Assembly: GCF_027921745.1 (NCBI RefSeq)
Contig: NC_079239.1
Location: 1,240,001 to 1,304,000, forward strand
Length of the DNA stretch: 64,000 nucleotides
Direction: 5' to 3'
Origin: Schizosaccharomyces osmophilus
Lineage: Eukaryota
Of this stretch, positions 12,201 to 23,231 are shown in pieces. Within the stretch, counting starts at the first letter, position 1. Every line of letters starts with the position of its first letter. The notes under the pieces are model-generated. The model saw only the letters and a list, made by a program, of their open reading frames with translations, made no database searches and was not told where the DNA came from. Position numbers and translations under genes: made by a program.

Positions 12201-15200
12201 TTCTTCTCTAATTGAATCAAATGATGAGTCTTCAACTAAATTGTTTGAAATCTTGTATATGAGTGCCGAATAAGCCAAAGGTCCAAAACATAATTCGTGG
12301 GCTAATCTAACGCGAATTGTGTCTTGAATACTCATTTTCAATAAGCTTTCTCGTTCGGTTGTTAAAGTAATCATAAATTTCAACAATGATCCAAGAAGTT
12401 TAGGTATTTTCTCGGAATCGTAATGTTCATGTTCACTAAATTTTCTATCAAGGACCCAATCGGTAAACTCAAACCTTTGTAGTATAGCCTTCATACCTGC
12501 ATCTGGATTGACTTCCGAAAGTACTTTCTGTATTAAAAGTATGTCTTTGTCAAAAGTATATTCTCTGTTTCCTGGGAAGGGTTCACGAAAATCTTGAAGA
12601 TACACATAGAGCTGACGATAGAAACGAGTAGTAAGCAAGAGATTATGCCCATTTCGAACCCAAAGGTTGGCATCTACCTGCATCAGGAAAGCAACGACTC
12701 TTAAAGGATGATCAATCAATGCAAAAAAGGTACCCTGATCAAATAAATCCAAAATTTCTGAATCACAATTAGAGAGCACCGTCGCCAAAGCCCAATGTAG
12801 AGGATGATTAAGGCTTATAGGGTCGACTGAAACAGAGAAAGGTTTAAGAGGAAGCCGAGAATCATATGAACCATTAGGAATGCAATCCAGTGGTTCACGG
12901 GGATCGGAAACATCATCTTTAGGATCAACAATCGCTTTTACCAAAACTTGAATAGCTTGAAGCAAATCATTGCTTGTTGCAGTTGCATAACAAGAAGCCA
13001 CTTGCTCGCTTAATTCTGCCAATCTGAGCAAAAGAAAAATGTTTTTTAAACGTGTAATATCCCACTGAACATGTGAGTGTGTAGCACGTTTTTGAGGAGA
13101 GTTACCTTGAAAAACGCGTAACAAGTCAACCCATTGGTGGATATAACGAGAATCCTTAGTGACCAATTTCTTAACTTGAGGAACTTGAAGCAAGTACTTC
13201 AAGTCATGGAAAAGATTAAATGTTCGACGGCTCTTTAAAACTTGCTCGTTTAATTTTATCTTTTGCACCCCTTCGGTATCACCAGCACTTGGCTGTACAA
13301 GAAGAGAAACCGCTGCAGAATTTATATCAGTTAACAAATCGTAGTCCTGAACGACGGTCTCAGCAATGCTGGGAGTGGTAAAAAGCTGAACAGAAAGGAA
13401 CATGACTGAACGGTCTGGTTCTCGATCAGCTAGTACGAATGCAGTGGCAAGATGTTTGTAATGAATAGCAAATCGTATACCCATAAGCCTTTTGAAAGCC
13501 AAGTTCCTATTAAACGGAACAACGTAAAGTCGTGATAGTAGAGTCCGCAATTCCTTCCAAAACTTCAAGTCAAAAAGTAATAAATAATCCAAACGAAGAG
13601 TAAGATAAGGAGACTCAGCTACATCTTTAAAATTCGAAGGTTTATACGAATCAGGTTTTTGCCAGTATGAGTTTTGTAGGGGAACCTGAAAAGTCATATT
13701 GGGACGTGGCCTTCGACGTGCAGTAATAATCTGGCGCAAGTTATTTAATAGCTGGGGATTGAATTCTGGTCTTATCGTAACCACGGTCTGACCAGCATTC
13801 GGTGGGGGAGGCAAAGGCGTTCTAGCTTGTTCTGGAGTGGTTTGGTCGGTATTGCCTTGTGCACCATTATGTTCCTGAACACCAGTCTCTCCTTCCTCTT
13901 CTTGTTGCTCTTCTTCTTCTTGTTCGTCATTAACGTCATTCATCGGGGAGTCTATAGCATTTTCGTCATCTAAGTCATTCAGTAGCTCACGCTCAGCTTC
14001 TGAATCCATAGTAATAGCATTTTCATCATCTTCATCATCATTTTCAGGACCAGTAGTTGGATTAAACCCCATTTCAGCCGTTTCTGCTGCCTCAGCTTCA
14101 TTATCTTCGGTTTCCATGGCGGTAATGTCGGTAGGCATATTATTGTTTTCAAGGTTGGCAATAACTCCCAAAAGTTCCTCAGCAGCATAAAATTCATCTT
14201 CACTGTCATCATCGTTCGCAATTTCCAACGGAAGATTGTTAAAATTCAAAGACGGGTCTGTGGGTTTCTCTAAACCAGGAGACCACTGCTTCAACATTTC
14301 ATTGCAAAAGACAGTTTGGATGTAATTTGGAAAATAGCATACATGAGAGTCTAACAAATCCTCAAGCCAATGTAATAAAGTACTGCAGTCGTCCTCGCGA
14401 AAGAAATCTCTAGCAGATCGAACATTAACTGCAAGATTATTGCTGGAAATAATCCTAGCAATTCTCAGTAGCTCTTGAATAGAGGTAGAAGTTTTTATAG
14501 AAAACCTACCGATAGAATCTACACGTTGAGCTACTTGCAAACCAAAGCTTTCGCTAGCAGTATTCACTGCACGTTGAACACAATGAACAACTCCCTCAAA
14601 CGTATTAAACTCGTCATTCCAAAGCATTACGCGGAAAACATCACAGGACTTGTCAACAGCACCATATTTAGCAGTGCTTAAACGTGACGCCTCCTCGTCA
14701 GCCAAAATACCTTCGATGGACTGTTGGGCTTTCAAATTGATAGATGAACAAGAAAAAACATCAAGCACGAAATCAAGTACTATTCGAACTGTCTCAGTAA
14801 TGGATTTTTGTAATTCAGAGGGGATGCACTTTTCAGGAGAAGAGTCATCTTTAATTTCTGAATGACTATGAATTTTACAGGGAAGGTCAACTTTCCAAGC
14901 CTCAGGATCTCCGCAATCACAGACGCCACTGAAAGAAGTTGATATAGAAACGTGCGTTTCATGACCCTCATGATTTGTGGAACGAAAGCAAGGTGCGCAC
15001 AATACACAGGTACTGTCAGCTCCGCAAGTTTTGCAGCGATAGATAACTTCGCCATCTCGAAAGACATGACCGCAAACTTCACTTCCAGTACCCTTGTTTT
15101 GCAATTCATTAAAGTACTCGGGGTCGGCTCGCTGTGCATTTGAAAGAGAAAAACTCGATGTAATGCTCTGTGGCTGATTTTTTAAGAAATATTTCCAATT

Positions 15201-15365
15201 GTTTTCATCGTAATTCAACAAAGATTGATATACTTCCTGTAAAAGATGAGCCTTTGACTCATCGTTGGAATCATATGCGTGTCTTTCTGCACTCTCCAAG
15301 AGATACTTCTGTAACCGACTCGGAGTAGATGGTGCAGTCTGCTGTGAAGGGTTGTGTTCTGTCAT
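9246..15365 (-). CDS. ubr11: N-end rule E3 ubiquitin ligase Ubr11
   Basis: UBR box (CGHVF..CKTC..CAPCF..CDCGDPEAW), ClpS-like region, RING-H2 and C-terminal PYLDIHGE motif; intronless; first ATG at 15365. Confidence 0.95.
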   Translation of the reverse strand: MTEHNPSQQTAPSTPSRLQKYLLESAERHAYDSNDESKAHLLQEVYQSLLNYDENNWKYFLKNQPQSITSSFSLSNAQRADPEYFNELQNKGTGSEVCGHVFRDGEVIYRCKTCGADSTCVLCAPCFRSTNHEGHETHVSISTSFSGVCDCGDPEAWKVDLPCKIHSHSEIKDDSSPEKCIPSELQKSITETVRIVLDFVLDVFSCSSINLKAQQSIEGILADEEASRLSTAKYGAVDKSCDVFRVMLWNDEFNTFEGVVHCVQRAVNTASESFGLQVAQRVDSIGRFSIKTSTSIQELLRIARIISSNNLAVNVRSARDFFREDDCSTLLHWLEDLLDSHVCYFPNYIQTVFCNEMLKQWSPGLEKPTDPSLNFNNLPLEIANDDDSEDEFYAAEELLGVIANLENNNMPTDITAMETEDNEAEAAETAEMGFNPTTGPENDDEDDENAITMDSEAERELLNDLDDENAIDSPMNDVNDEQEEEEQQEEEGETGVQEHNGAQGNTDQTTPEQARTPLPPPPNAGQTVVTIRPEFNPQLLNNLRQIITARRRPRPNMTFQVPLQNSYWQKPDSYKPSNFKDVAESPYLTLRLDYLLLFDLKFWKELRTLLSRLYVVPFNRNLAFKRLMGIRFAIHYKHLATAFVLADREPDRSVMFLSVQLFTTPSIAETVVQDYDLLTDINSAAVSLLVQPSAGDTEGVQKIKLNEQVLKSRRTFNLFHDLKYLLQVPQVKKLVTKDSRYIHQWVDLLRVFQGNSPQKRATHSHVQWDITRLKNIFLLLRLAELSEQVASCYATATSNDLLQAIQVLVKAIVDPKDDVSDPREPLDCIPNGSYDSRLPLKPFSVSVDPISLNHPLHWALATVLSNCDSEILDLFDQGTFFALIDHPLRVVAFLMQVDANLWVRNGHNLLLTTRFYRQLYVYLQDFREPFPGNREYTFDKDILLIQKVLSEVNPDAGMKAILQRFEFTDWVLDRKFSEHEHYDSEKIPKLLGSLLKFMITLTTERESLLKMSIQDTIRVRLAHELCFGPLAYSALIYKISNNLVEDSSFDSIREEMTNYKPPDGLHDFGLYTLKDEYFDLINPYSSYYSKNEREEAEAVLKKRLSDKYSVPLEAAVIEPNFKLLEKNGQDIFFALVNSDVFYLTLLRSLEYALLILNKHENVDVSETIINETLQLCLVASRINDFTGSTTFYTKHCLGQPISTDNQESDHSSYCLAELCLDIINSSKLKSLHPKANHFLNILKRSDTTTCASILQHTRVIPEGSRVEQPAMDEAKSVEEKKRIALEKQKNIMQQFRAQQASFMAQNTDFNIDDEDEFADTYGQPFKQHEHLRGNCLLCQESCNEEAPYGMLGTINKSSFLRETANTKHILQELLTIPSNFNAQLPDRPFGEKAEKVALHETKTRILGAYPVNHNFEGIYVSSCGHLMHTQCFDTYANSRLLRRSDPSTYINDKHKTTPATRYFMCPLCGYLSNVIIPTAHTPRLCLRLNDFGADKDMEAFLSSFSVKDSESFEYHMTSTSSDIVRKAAESSLNRPWINTSQSAVIPKEENLMGDNQDALRRYFSVMEFSASKLNGGNSSKGSLPDELLDSLSYSLASVEVIYRGTPTSQSHEAPIWISDIGSINSAFLLSFAETVMKSLCYKVASSDATASDFIKTQNRQLCKLFYGKSDIKERMLQNPDSFEAGCFKPLLSSDVFNEYVKTIALMIINEKQSRIFYYTGLYYVANICKIVVETSSCVEQIDTFGEPSLEYSDTAKSAFYHFCSHVFRACGYEAKCHILESNVALLNLLTLVEKFMLPFLRRVSLVYYSLLNVYFEDSGDGTFNEKTELTQLCELMELPTLDEVYTSLGSQQSPEQMQIIDGWCQHFAENNTSIGKPRLEYPGVYELLKLPSRLENLMDIMQESICCMCHKTPILPAVCLQCGSVVCFSARQTTTAAQRQPGECNVHSRECSDGIGIYFLIKMCGILFLDGISGAGMVVPAPYLDIHGETDFRLIRGCPQFLSQKRYDHAVRNAWLRQMVLSLITRSGDSGSLQVYDMA

Positions 15366-16024
15366 GAACGACAAGTATAATAGGTATGAAATAGGAAACT
15401 TGCAAAATCCAAAAAGTCGGGGAAAGTAAAGTGACCTAAGTAGTAGTGCTTAAGTACTTTTTCTATATAAAAAAATAAAAATAAAATAAAGGTAACTGGG
15501 TACTACTCAATAGATGTACAGTACAACAGTTTCCAAGTGTAAATTTGAGGTATATTTACCACTTTCCTTAGTATCTACTAAAGGAAGTATAGGAGCGCAT
15601 ACACTGATATCGCTGAACTTAATCCAATCGTCTTAAAAAACTTATCGCTCTTTTTCGCAAAATAAAATTCAATAGAAATTACACAAAATATGCTATCGAA
15701 TTCAATTTTTTTGCTTCCTATTTGACCTTACTCTTTATGGCTAAATGACAATCGTCTTAACCAAGGTAGGAAAGACGTATTATGCTGGGTAACGATGTGA
15801 CTTGAGTGTGCAGTTGAAATTTTCAAAGTGTTTTTATCGGCAATAGAATTAATCAAGTGATATCGAGGATATATAATCTTCTATAAACAAACTGATCATT
15901 TTTGGATTGTTCCTACTAATCAATACAAAATTCACAATGCTTTTAAAAAAAGATATTCTATCAAGCTTTCTTGGTTTGCTTCAACATTGTAGGACAAAAC
16001 GAAAAGTTTAAAAGTTAAAAAAAG

Positions 16025-16097
16025 TGTCACGAACCGGGATCGAACCAGTGACCAACAGATCTTCAGTCTGTCATGCTCCCAACTACACCACCGCGAC
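16025..16097 (-). tRNA. tRNA-Phe(GAA)
   Basis: 73-nt cloverleaf GTCGCGG...ACAGA-CTGAAGA-TCTGT...GTTCGATCC...TCGTGACA followed by a T-run. Confidence 0.97.
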
Positions 16098-16548
16098 TTT
16101 CATTAAGCAGTGTAGTATACAGAAAAATCTATAGTAAAACTTATAAATTCAAAAATGCAGTTGCAATAAAAGAATCCCTAACGCTAGAATGAAAAAGTAT
16201 TGCGTTGGTGATTTCTTAAGTTCATAAGGGTGAGTTTTTTTTTTTTTTTTTTTTTTTTTTTATTCTCAAACCTTGCTATTTTATGACATTTTGAATGAGG
16301 ACCAGATAAATTGTTTATTTGGTTTTGAACGTTTTCGAAATGGAGACTGGATTGAACACGAAACCGAAAAAAAGGTTGGGAAAATGAAATTAAAAATAAA
16401 TGCATATGTCACTATTCCATATCAAAAGCTAACCTTTGAATTTGCTTCCTGTACTCGGTTTAGTAAAATCTCAGCATTTGTTTACTACGAAAAAATAAAA
16501 TAAAGATAAAAGAAAAATAAGAAAATGAATTTTAAAATCAAAAACTTA

Positions 16549-16620
16549 AGGGCCCAACCGGATTTGAACCAGTGACCTGGGGAGCTGCAATCCCTCACTC
16601 TACCACTGAGCTATGAACCC
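16549..16620 (-). tRNA. tRNA-Cys(GCA)
   Basis: 72-nt cloverleaf GGGTTCA...AGCTCAGTGGTAGAG...GGGA-TTGCAGC-TCCC...GTTCAAATCC...TGGGCCCT. Confidence 0.97.
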
Positions 16621-17071
16621 TTGTCTGATTGGTAACTAAAGAAAAAATATATATAGCTAAAATAGTAAAGCTGAATGAAGCCCGATACAAAACAATAAAT
16701 AATGGAAATTAGAAAGCATTGTTTTGAATGTATATGATACGCCTTCTGTTTAAATTACTTCCTTGATGAGGATAGGTGTAAAGCATTGTGCCATACGCAC
16801 CTGCATCATTCATCAAAGACTGTGGTGTACATTCTTGGCTTTTAAAGATTTCGCGTCTTTTCAAAAATAAGTGCTTACTCCAAATACCTAATTTGAATAA
16901 AATCCTCATATGCTGTAAATCAATTGCATTTTATTACTGTTCGCCTCTTTAATTATACTACAGCTATTTGTACGGGCATCAGTTAACGCTCTTGGTTGTT
17001 ACAACAAAATGGAAAGAAGTCAGTTCATCGTAAGTTTCCAATGTCGGTTTAGTTAATTGATTTTATGAGTT

Positions 17072-19381
17072 TTAGAATAGCTCAACCATATTCAATAATG
17101 TGTCACTTGGTATTATTTCATCTTCACAATGAGGAAGAAGGTCACAAATTTTTTCAAAAGTTTCCATCCGAAGTCTCCTTAAATCTTCGAATCCTATTTT
17201 ATCTTTGAAAATACCTGTAATGATTCCAACCCAAAACGTTTGACTTTGTTTAAACTTTGGCTGTAATTCAGTTTGTAGGTAATATACGGCCTCTACTGGA
17301 TCCTTATATTTTAGCTCGTAAAACCTTTCAATGTTAACTTTTGTTTTTACGATTGACTTACCTTTGAATGTACAGTTCTAATAGGATCTGTTCATAAATT
17401 GTATCTTGACCCCATTCTTCGTTGATTTGGAGTTTCCAAAAGTCTTTCAGTTTCATCGGTTTTAAGGGATGGGAGCTAGCATTTCCTCCGGATATGTAAA
17501 ATGTTCCAGTTTCCCAATTGACTGCCAAAGCATGACCGAACCTGTCGTAAATTAGCTCCTTCCTAGAGCAAATAGGTCTTACCTTGCACAAGGATGTGGA
17601 TCACCGATTTTTTCATTTATATCTATAACCTTTTTCCACTGTTTCTGTTCGATATAATAAGCCCATATACTTGGTTGTAATATTTTGTGATACTCCCGTT
17701 GCTCATATCCATAGAAAGCAAAAATCCTCTTGTTTTCTTCATCAAGTGAACTCCTTTGACAAAATGCCGGATAAGGACAATCCTTGTCACGTTGAGACCA
17801 GTCGTAGCTTTGTGCTTCCCAGGTGGAAGTGTCAATGATATGCATGTCTGCGAGAAATTGTTGGTCATGCGTTTGCCCACCGAAGATATAAAGAAGACCT
17901 TCATCTACTGCGTATTCCATACAGTGGCCCATCCTTTCGGTAAGCAATTTCATATTGGCATCCAAAGATTTAAAAGCAATAACCTTTCTTTCCCAAATGC
18001 CATAATCTACATAATATAAATAAAAGGTCTCAAAAACCAAGTCCCCTGGATCCCATTTGCATCCTCCGCAGATATACAGTATATTCTCCTTTTCGTTCAA
18101 GGCCATAGCCTGGTCAAAGATAGCCATTGGACCTAGCATTAAAGACGTGTCTTTCGACAAGCAAGTCCACAATCCTTCTTTTATATTGTATTTCCAAAAA
18201 TCTGGCTTGACGTCTGGGCTTACAAGATTTCCTCCTGCAGTGCCAAAATAGTTACCGAGTAAATAAATACATTGACGCGAAGAATCTAATATCATTCGAT
18301 GACATACACGTTTTCCTGGAGGTCTTAATTGGTTAGCATTATAAAATCAATTACAACCATACTGGTTAGATCCTAAGAGACTCCAACTTTGAGTTTCGAC
18401 GGAGAATTTCCAAAAGTCAGAAAACGTCTCAATTCCGTCCCATCCACCGTAATGGTAAATACACTTGTCCTATTTTGTTTAGCTTAAAAAAAGGGGATAT
18501 ATAAAGAAAACTTACTTGGGAATTATAAACCATCTGGTGTCCACTTCGAGAACCAAATCCACGTCCGAGCTTAGATATCTCCTGAGCAAGTAATTTTGGC
18601 TGCGCTTCCTTCCTCCATTTCTGACTTATTTCCTTCCAGACTTTCTCTTTAAATAAAATAATGGCTTTACACAAGTCGCCTGACTCGCAAATAGCATTGT
18701 AAAGCAGGTTTAATGGCGAAAGCATATACGGAATTTGGTAATGGTGAGCAATAGCTGAACAGACCTGACTGTTGCCTTTATATAAAAAATAAGAAAGCAA
18801 ATATTTTATTGCTTTTGTTTCGAGTTCCTTAACTCGTTGTTTTTCAATCGTCGACAAACAATGGGGAGCATTATATCCATGAAGTTCAACATACCATATA
18901 CTAAGGTTAAATTCAGGAGCGTGTGCCTGTAAAGGAACAATTTTGATATATTTACAAACGAATGGAAAAAGGCTTGGGTTTTCTTTTTGCGACTGAAGGA
19001 TGAAGGCTTCTGTATTTGAGTCATTGGTAAGACCTGCTTTTAAAAGTAGTCGAAGATGCCACTGATCTCTCCCTCCATAGACAGCAAATCTAAATTGTTA
19101 AAATAAGCACTAAAGATTGGGTATTTAAGTTCAGCATACTCTTTCAAGTTACAGAGATGCGGTGCACAGTATTTTCCAAACGAAATGTCCGTGACCACGC
19201 ACGGTTCTTTTAATTTTAACAGAACGTACTGCACATCTAATTTTGAAAAGAATTTTGAGTTTGCGCAACTCCAGCGGCTGTCGACTTTTCGAGGTTCATG
19301 TTTTGCAATATAGTACGGATGATATTTTCCAGAATAACTAGACCAATCATGAATAGTATAAGGGAGAGTTTTCTTTTCCAT
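17072..19381 (-). CDS. mde6: Muskelin-like kelch-repeat protein Mde6 (spliced)
   Basis: Muskelin N-terminal domain (WSSYSGKYHP...FGKYCAPHLCNLKEFAVYGG after splicing) and kelch repeats (RSGHQMV, RMGHCME, RFGHALA); ATG 19381, TAA 17072. Confidence 0.87.
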
Positions 19382-19460
19382 TAAATCAAGTACTAAATTC
19401 TGGCTTGTTTGGAAGAACCTACCTAACAAGTGGTTTTGTGTAAGTTCTGCAACCGCAAAT

Positions 19461-19471
19461 GTAAACAAACA
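19461..19471. promoter_or_regulatory. FLEX element (Mei4 forkhead site) upstream of mde6
   Basis: GTAAACAAACA 80 bp upstream of the mde6 ATG, with a second core TGTTTAC at 19604-19610. mde genes are defined as Mei4-dependent. Confidence 0.75.
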
Positions 19472-19845
19472 TAGGAAGTGCATTTACGAAGTGCAGCCGA
19501 TTAATTCTTATGCCTAGGAAATGGGTACTTTTGAAAACTGTTCTATTTTACAAAAGAAAGAAGTATACTTATTAAAACAACGAATTTTCGGTCTTTTTGA
19601 GGTTGTTTACTCAACCACCAAATGAACGAACCAAACCATTCAATTAAGGTAATGAAAACATAAAGCACGAATTTCAAAAAAACTAGAGAAAGAAAGGCTT
19701 GTACTCTTCTTACTCCTTTAGTTCTTTGTAGTTCAGAGCTGTTATTCGTAAATTATTTGATTCTCAAGCAACACAAACCGAAAGCTGCTTTCCGGTTGTA
19801 GACAAGATTAAACAACTAAAAATATAAAAAAGGAATACTTCAAGA

Positions 19846-20409
19846 GATCCTCCTGCGTACATCTATGCCAGTGTTTACAATGATGATCTCGAAAGGGGTA
19901 CGTACACACCACACATTAAAAAAAACCATTCAATTCAGGTTGGGTCGAAGCCAAATACGAGTTAAAAATTACTATCTCTAATTTCAATTTGGTTGTCAAT
20001 TTTATAAGGAATGGTCACGGCAAACTGTTGGAAAAATTAGATTATAACTTTCCTGATACTTTAGTCAAAAAAGTTTCGTATCATCGAATAACAACAGCAT
20101 TGTTTGCATTAATTAGTAATTTAGTAACATCATACCACTTAGTTATCTGCTACAGGAACTCGTTTTGTTTCTTCACGCTGTTGGTATAACAAGAGATTTG
20201 TTTAAATGTGTAGTATACATGGTTGCATTAACAGCTTTTGACGATGCAGCAATAGTTTCTGCTGCTATAGCAATTTTGTATTAGTTGTAGTATTAAGTAT
20301 TGGTGCTGTAAGTTTCACAATTTATAATATTTTTATCTTCTTATATGGAATGGAGATTCAACGCTCAGCAGAACACAATAGTTCGCCAACGCTTCCTAAC
20401 TATCAATAA
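19846..20409 (+). pseudogene. Decayed membrane-protein gene, candidate wtf-family relic
   Basis: DPPAYIYASVYNDDLERG followed by the donor GTACGT, then three frame-shifted hydrophobic segments ending ...SSPTLPNYQ*; about 800 bp from a 5S rDNA. Confidence 0.5.
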
Positions 20410-20770
20410 AGGGAAATAAAAGAACTTTTTCACCGCCAACTATGAATGAAGAAATAGAGATAAGACTAATCCTCCTACTTTAGTTTCTTTCATCCCAAAG
20501 ACAGGGAGTTCTATCTAACCGCGGGAATCAAAATCATAGACTTACTACAACTGTTCTATTAAGTTAGGTATAAATATTTATAATTGAATTTCTTTTTTCA
20601 GATGACTGTACTTTCACTACATACGCATTTAAGTCGCCTTTATTATTCTGTTACTTGTCGAGGAACATCCCACAATAAGGGAATTGAAAAGCATGTCCAC
20701 ACATGAACCAAATTACAAAAGAAAGGATAATTAAGAGGAAAAAATATAGAAAAGTCAATAGTATTAAAGC

Positions 20771-20803
20771 TTCTCCCGTTGTCCCAACCGTAATACGAAC
20801 GAG
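20771..20803 (-). pseudogene. Degenerate 5S rDNA fragment
   Basis: gttgtc-ccaaccgtaatacgaacgag aligns with gttgtctccaaccatagtactaacgag of the intact 5S gene (23/27 by hand), in the same orientation. Confidence 0.55.
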
Positions 20804-21208
20804 ATCAACTCTGCCCTACTACTAAAATTCAAACGGTTAACAAACACTTTTTCCTTCTTGACTTTTTGTGTCCTTTGTACATTTACCCTTGCTTTATTCT
20901 ACCAAATTTTCTGTTCTCATGACAATGTTTGGTTTCTCCCTTTCCCTTCGATATTTGCATCTGCATAACGTCCATTTATCCTCACGCTAGTTAGTCTCGT
21001 TTATTTATTAATTGTTTTGCAATACGAATGTTTACTCGTTTTATTTCTATTTTAGATCTTCAATAAGATATTGATTGGTGTTTCAAGAAATGCTGTGAAT
21101 GCATTGCTTCCCTTCGTATACGCTCAATTCAAGGACATGAAAGTAAAAAAAAGTACAACTATGAAATGAAACATTCTTAAGGATAAATCAAAAAGAAAAA
21201 TGAGAGGA

Positions 21209-21327
21209 AGCCTACAGCACCCCGGATTCCCATGTTGTCTCCAACCATAGTACTAACGAGGCCCTCAGACGCTTAACTGCAGTGATCGGACGGGAACTGG
21301 TGTTTTCGCCTAGGTATGGCCGTAGAC
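21209..21327 (-). rRNA. 5S rRNA gene (dispersed copy)
   Basis: 119 nt, GTCTACGGCCATACCTAGGCG...GGGGTGCTGTAGGCT, matching the fission-yeast 5S as I recall it; T-runs follow shortly downstream. Confidence 0.98.
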
Positions 21328-22124
21328 AACTCTCTATCTTTTTTAAGCTATCTATACTATTCATAAGTTACTTTAATAGTATACGGGGTTTGTGTTACAC
21401 ATACGTTTGTCATTGAATTGAATTGAATCCAAACAAAATGATACGAGACGCCGTCCATTCCTGCTGAATTGTTAACACCTTGAAATGTATCGAACTTCAC
21501 TTCTTGAGAAATGAATGCAGGAAATTTGACAATTAATGTGGAAACCTAATTTCGTGATTGTTATTTTGCTTGCGTTTTCGTGAGTAGACATTTTTTGTTG
21601 AACAAATAACCAAAGTACATTCAAACTTATGATTTAACATTAGGTCCGTTCAAATTTCTTTACTCACATTTACGCGATTAAAATGAAAGTTAAGTCTTTT
21701 TTTTCTTTTTATGGATTTTATGCCGACGGATTGTTTGTGTTTAGAAGACGACTTGTTTACATTTTGTCACCCCGGCAACCATTATTGTTTAATTAAAAAG
21801 TAAGCGCAGGACTTTTTACTATAAACAAAGCAACCCATTAAATTCTTTGAAGGATATTTGAGCCATTCAAACGTGTCATCACAGCCGAAAAGCTTCATTA
21901 TTCAATTGCTTTCACATTGATTCAGTAACCTCGGTTTACAACTAAGCATTTCATACCTACGCTTATTTTCCTGCATTTCCCCTTCTTGCTTAGTATTGTA
22001 TTCCTTTTGACTCGATTTCCTTCTTTTTAAATTAGTATCTTCAACTTTCGTTTACAAGGGTTTCCTTCGTCAGCTACTTCATAGAAACATTCACTGCCTT
22101 CGTTTCTAACTGCTGTTAAAAAAG

Positions 22125-22982
22125 ATGGGACTCAAAATACTCAAATTTGTGTTTATGGCTGCGGCCGTCTTGTGTACTGCGGTAGGCGGTCTTTTATCCA
22201 TTCTTTGTATAATTAACCAAACACAACATAATACTGCCTTTCAAAATATATACTTCGTTCAGCTCAACACTACCTCGTTGTTTTCAGTCAATAATGCTAC
22301 CGAGCTCGCACAGTCAATAGGAGACCAAATACAAGGCGATTTAGCAAATCAACTAACCCAAATTATTGAAAAGGACAACTCGCAGATTCAAGCTGCCATT
22401 ACACAGCTAGAAAAGCAAATGAAGGAGATTTCAGGTGTTCCCGATTGGTATTCAGTCGGTCTTTGGAATTACTGTGAAGGCAAGGCCGATGACTATACAA
22501 ATCCTACTTATTGTAGTAAGCCTTCGTCGAAATATTACTTCAATCCTGTAAAAATGATCGAAAATGATCTATCAGACGCTGCCAACACCCAAATTAGTCT
22601 CCATTTATCTGATGAAGCTGAATATGGTTTAAAAATTTCAAAAGGTATATGTTATGCTCTGCGAGCTATGTATATTTTAGGATTCATGTTTTTCGTTTTT
22701 ACACTTGCTTCTGTATTAGTTTCTGGGTGCCCCTTCTTTGGCCCTCTATTGGTCTCTGTGTGCTGCTTCTTTGCTACAGTCTTCACATTAGTAGCTGCAT
22801 GTATGGCTGTTGCTTTTTATCGGGTTGTTATTTCTAAACTTGAGGAACACCTAACCATGTTAAATATCCCAATGGTTTTGGGGAAAAAAATATTCGCATA
22901 TTCTTTTATTTCCGCAGCTGCTGGTATAGCAGCCCTTATTTTGTTCTTTATTGCCAACTTGACTACGTACTCCCCTGTTTAG
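22125..22982 (+). CDS. pun1: SUR7/PalI-family tetraspan membrane protein
   Basis: WYSVGLWNYC claudin-like motif, four hydrophobic helices, syntenic position. Confidence 0.85.
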   Translation: MGLKILKFVFMAAAVLCTAVGGLLSILCIINQTQHNTAFQNIYFVQLNTTSLFSVNNATELAQSIGDQIQGDLANQLTQIIEKDNSQIQAAITQLEKQMKEISGVPDWYSVGLWNYCEGKADDYTNPTYCSKPSSKYYFNPVKMIENDLSDAANTQISLHLSDEAEYGLKISKGICYALRAMYILGFMFFVFTLASVLVSGCPFFGPLLVSVCCFFATVFTLVAACMAVAFYRVVISKLEEHLTMLNIPMVLGKKIFAYSFISAAAGIAALILFFIANLTTYSPV

Positions 22983-23231
22983 TTCTGTATATCATTCACG
23001 TTGGTCTGTCTTTTATGGAATGGTTCCTTATTTCTGAAACAGCCACCTTTCGTTACTCTCTTACCATGAGTAGTCATTTATTGATTACAACTCTTTCATT
23101 TTGTTTTGCATATTGTTTAATTTTCTTTGATTATAATTAATTATTCAGCACAAAATTCCTATAAAAAAGCTTAAATTGCAAAAAAAAACATTGTATCAAA
23201 AGAGCGTATCTGAAATGAATGGGTATTCTGT

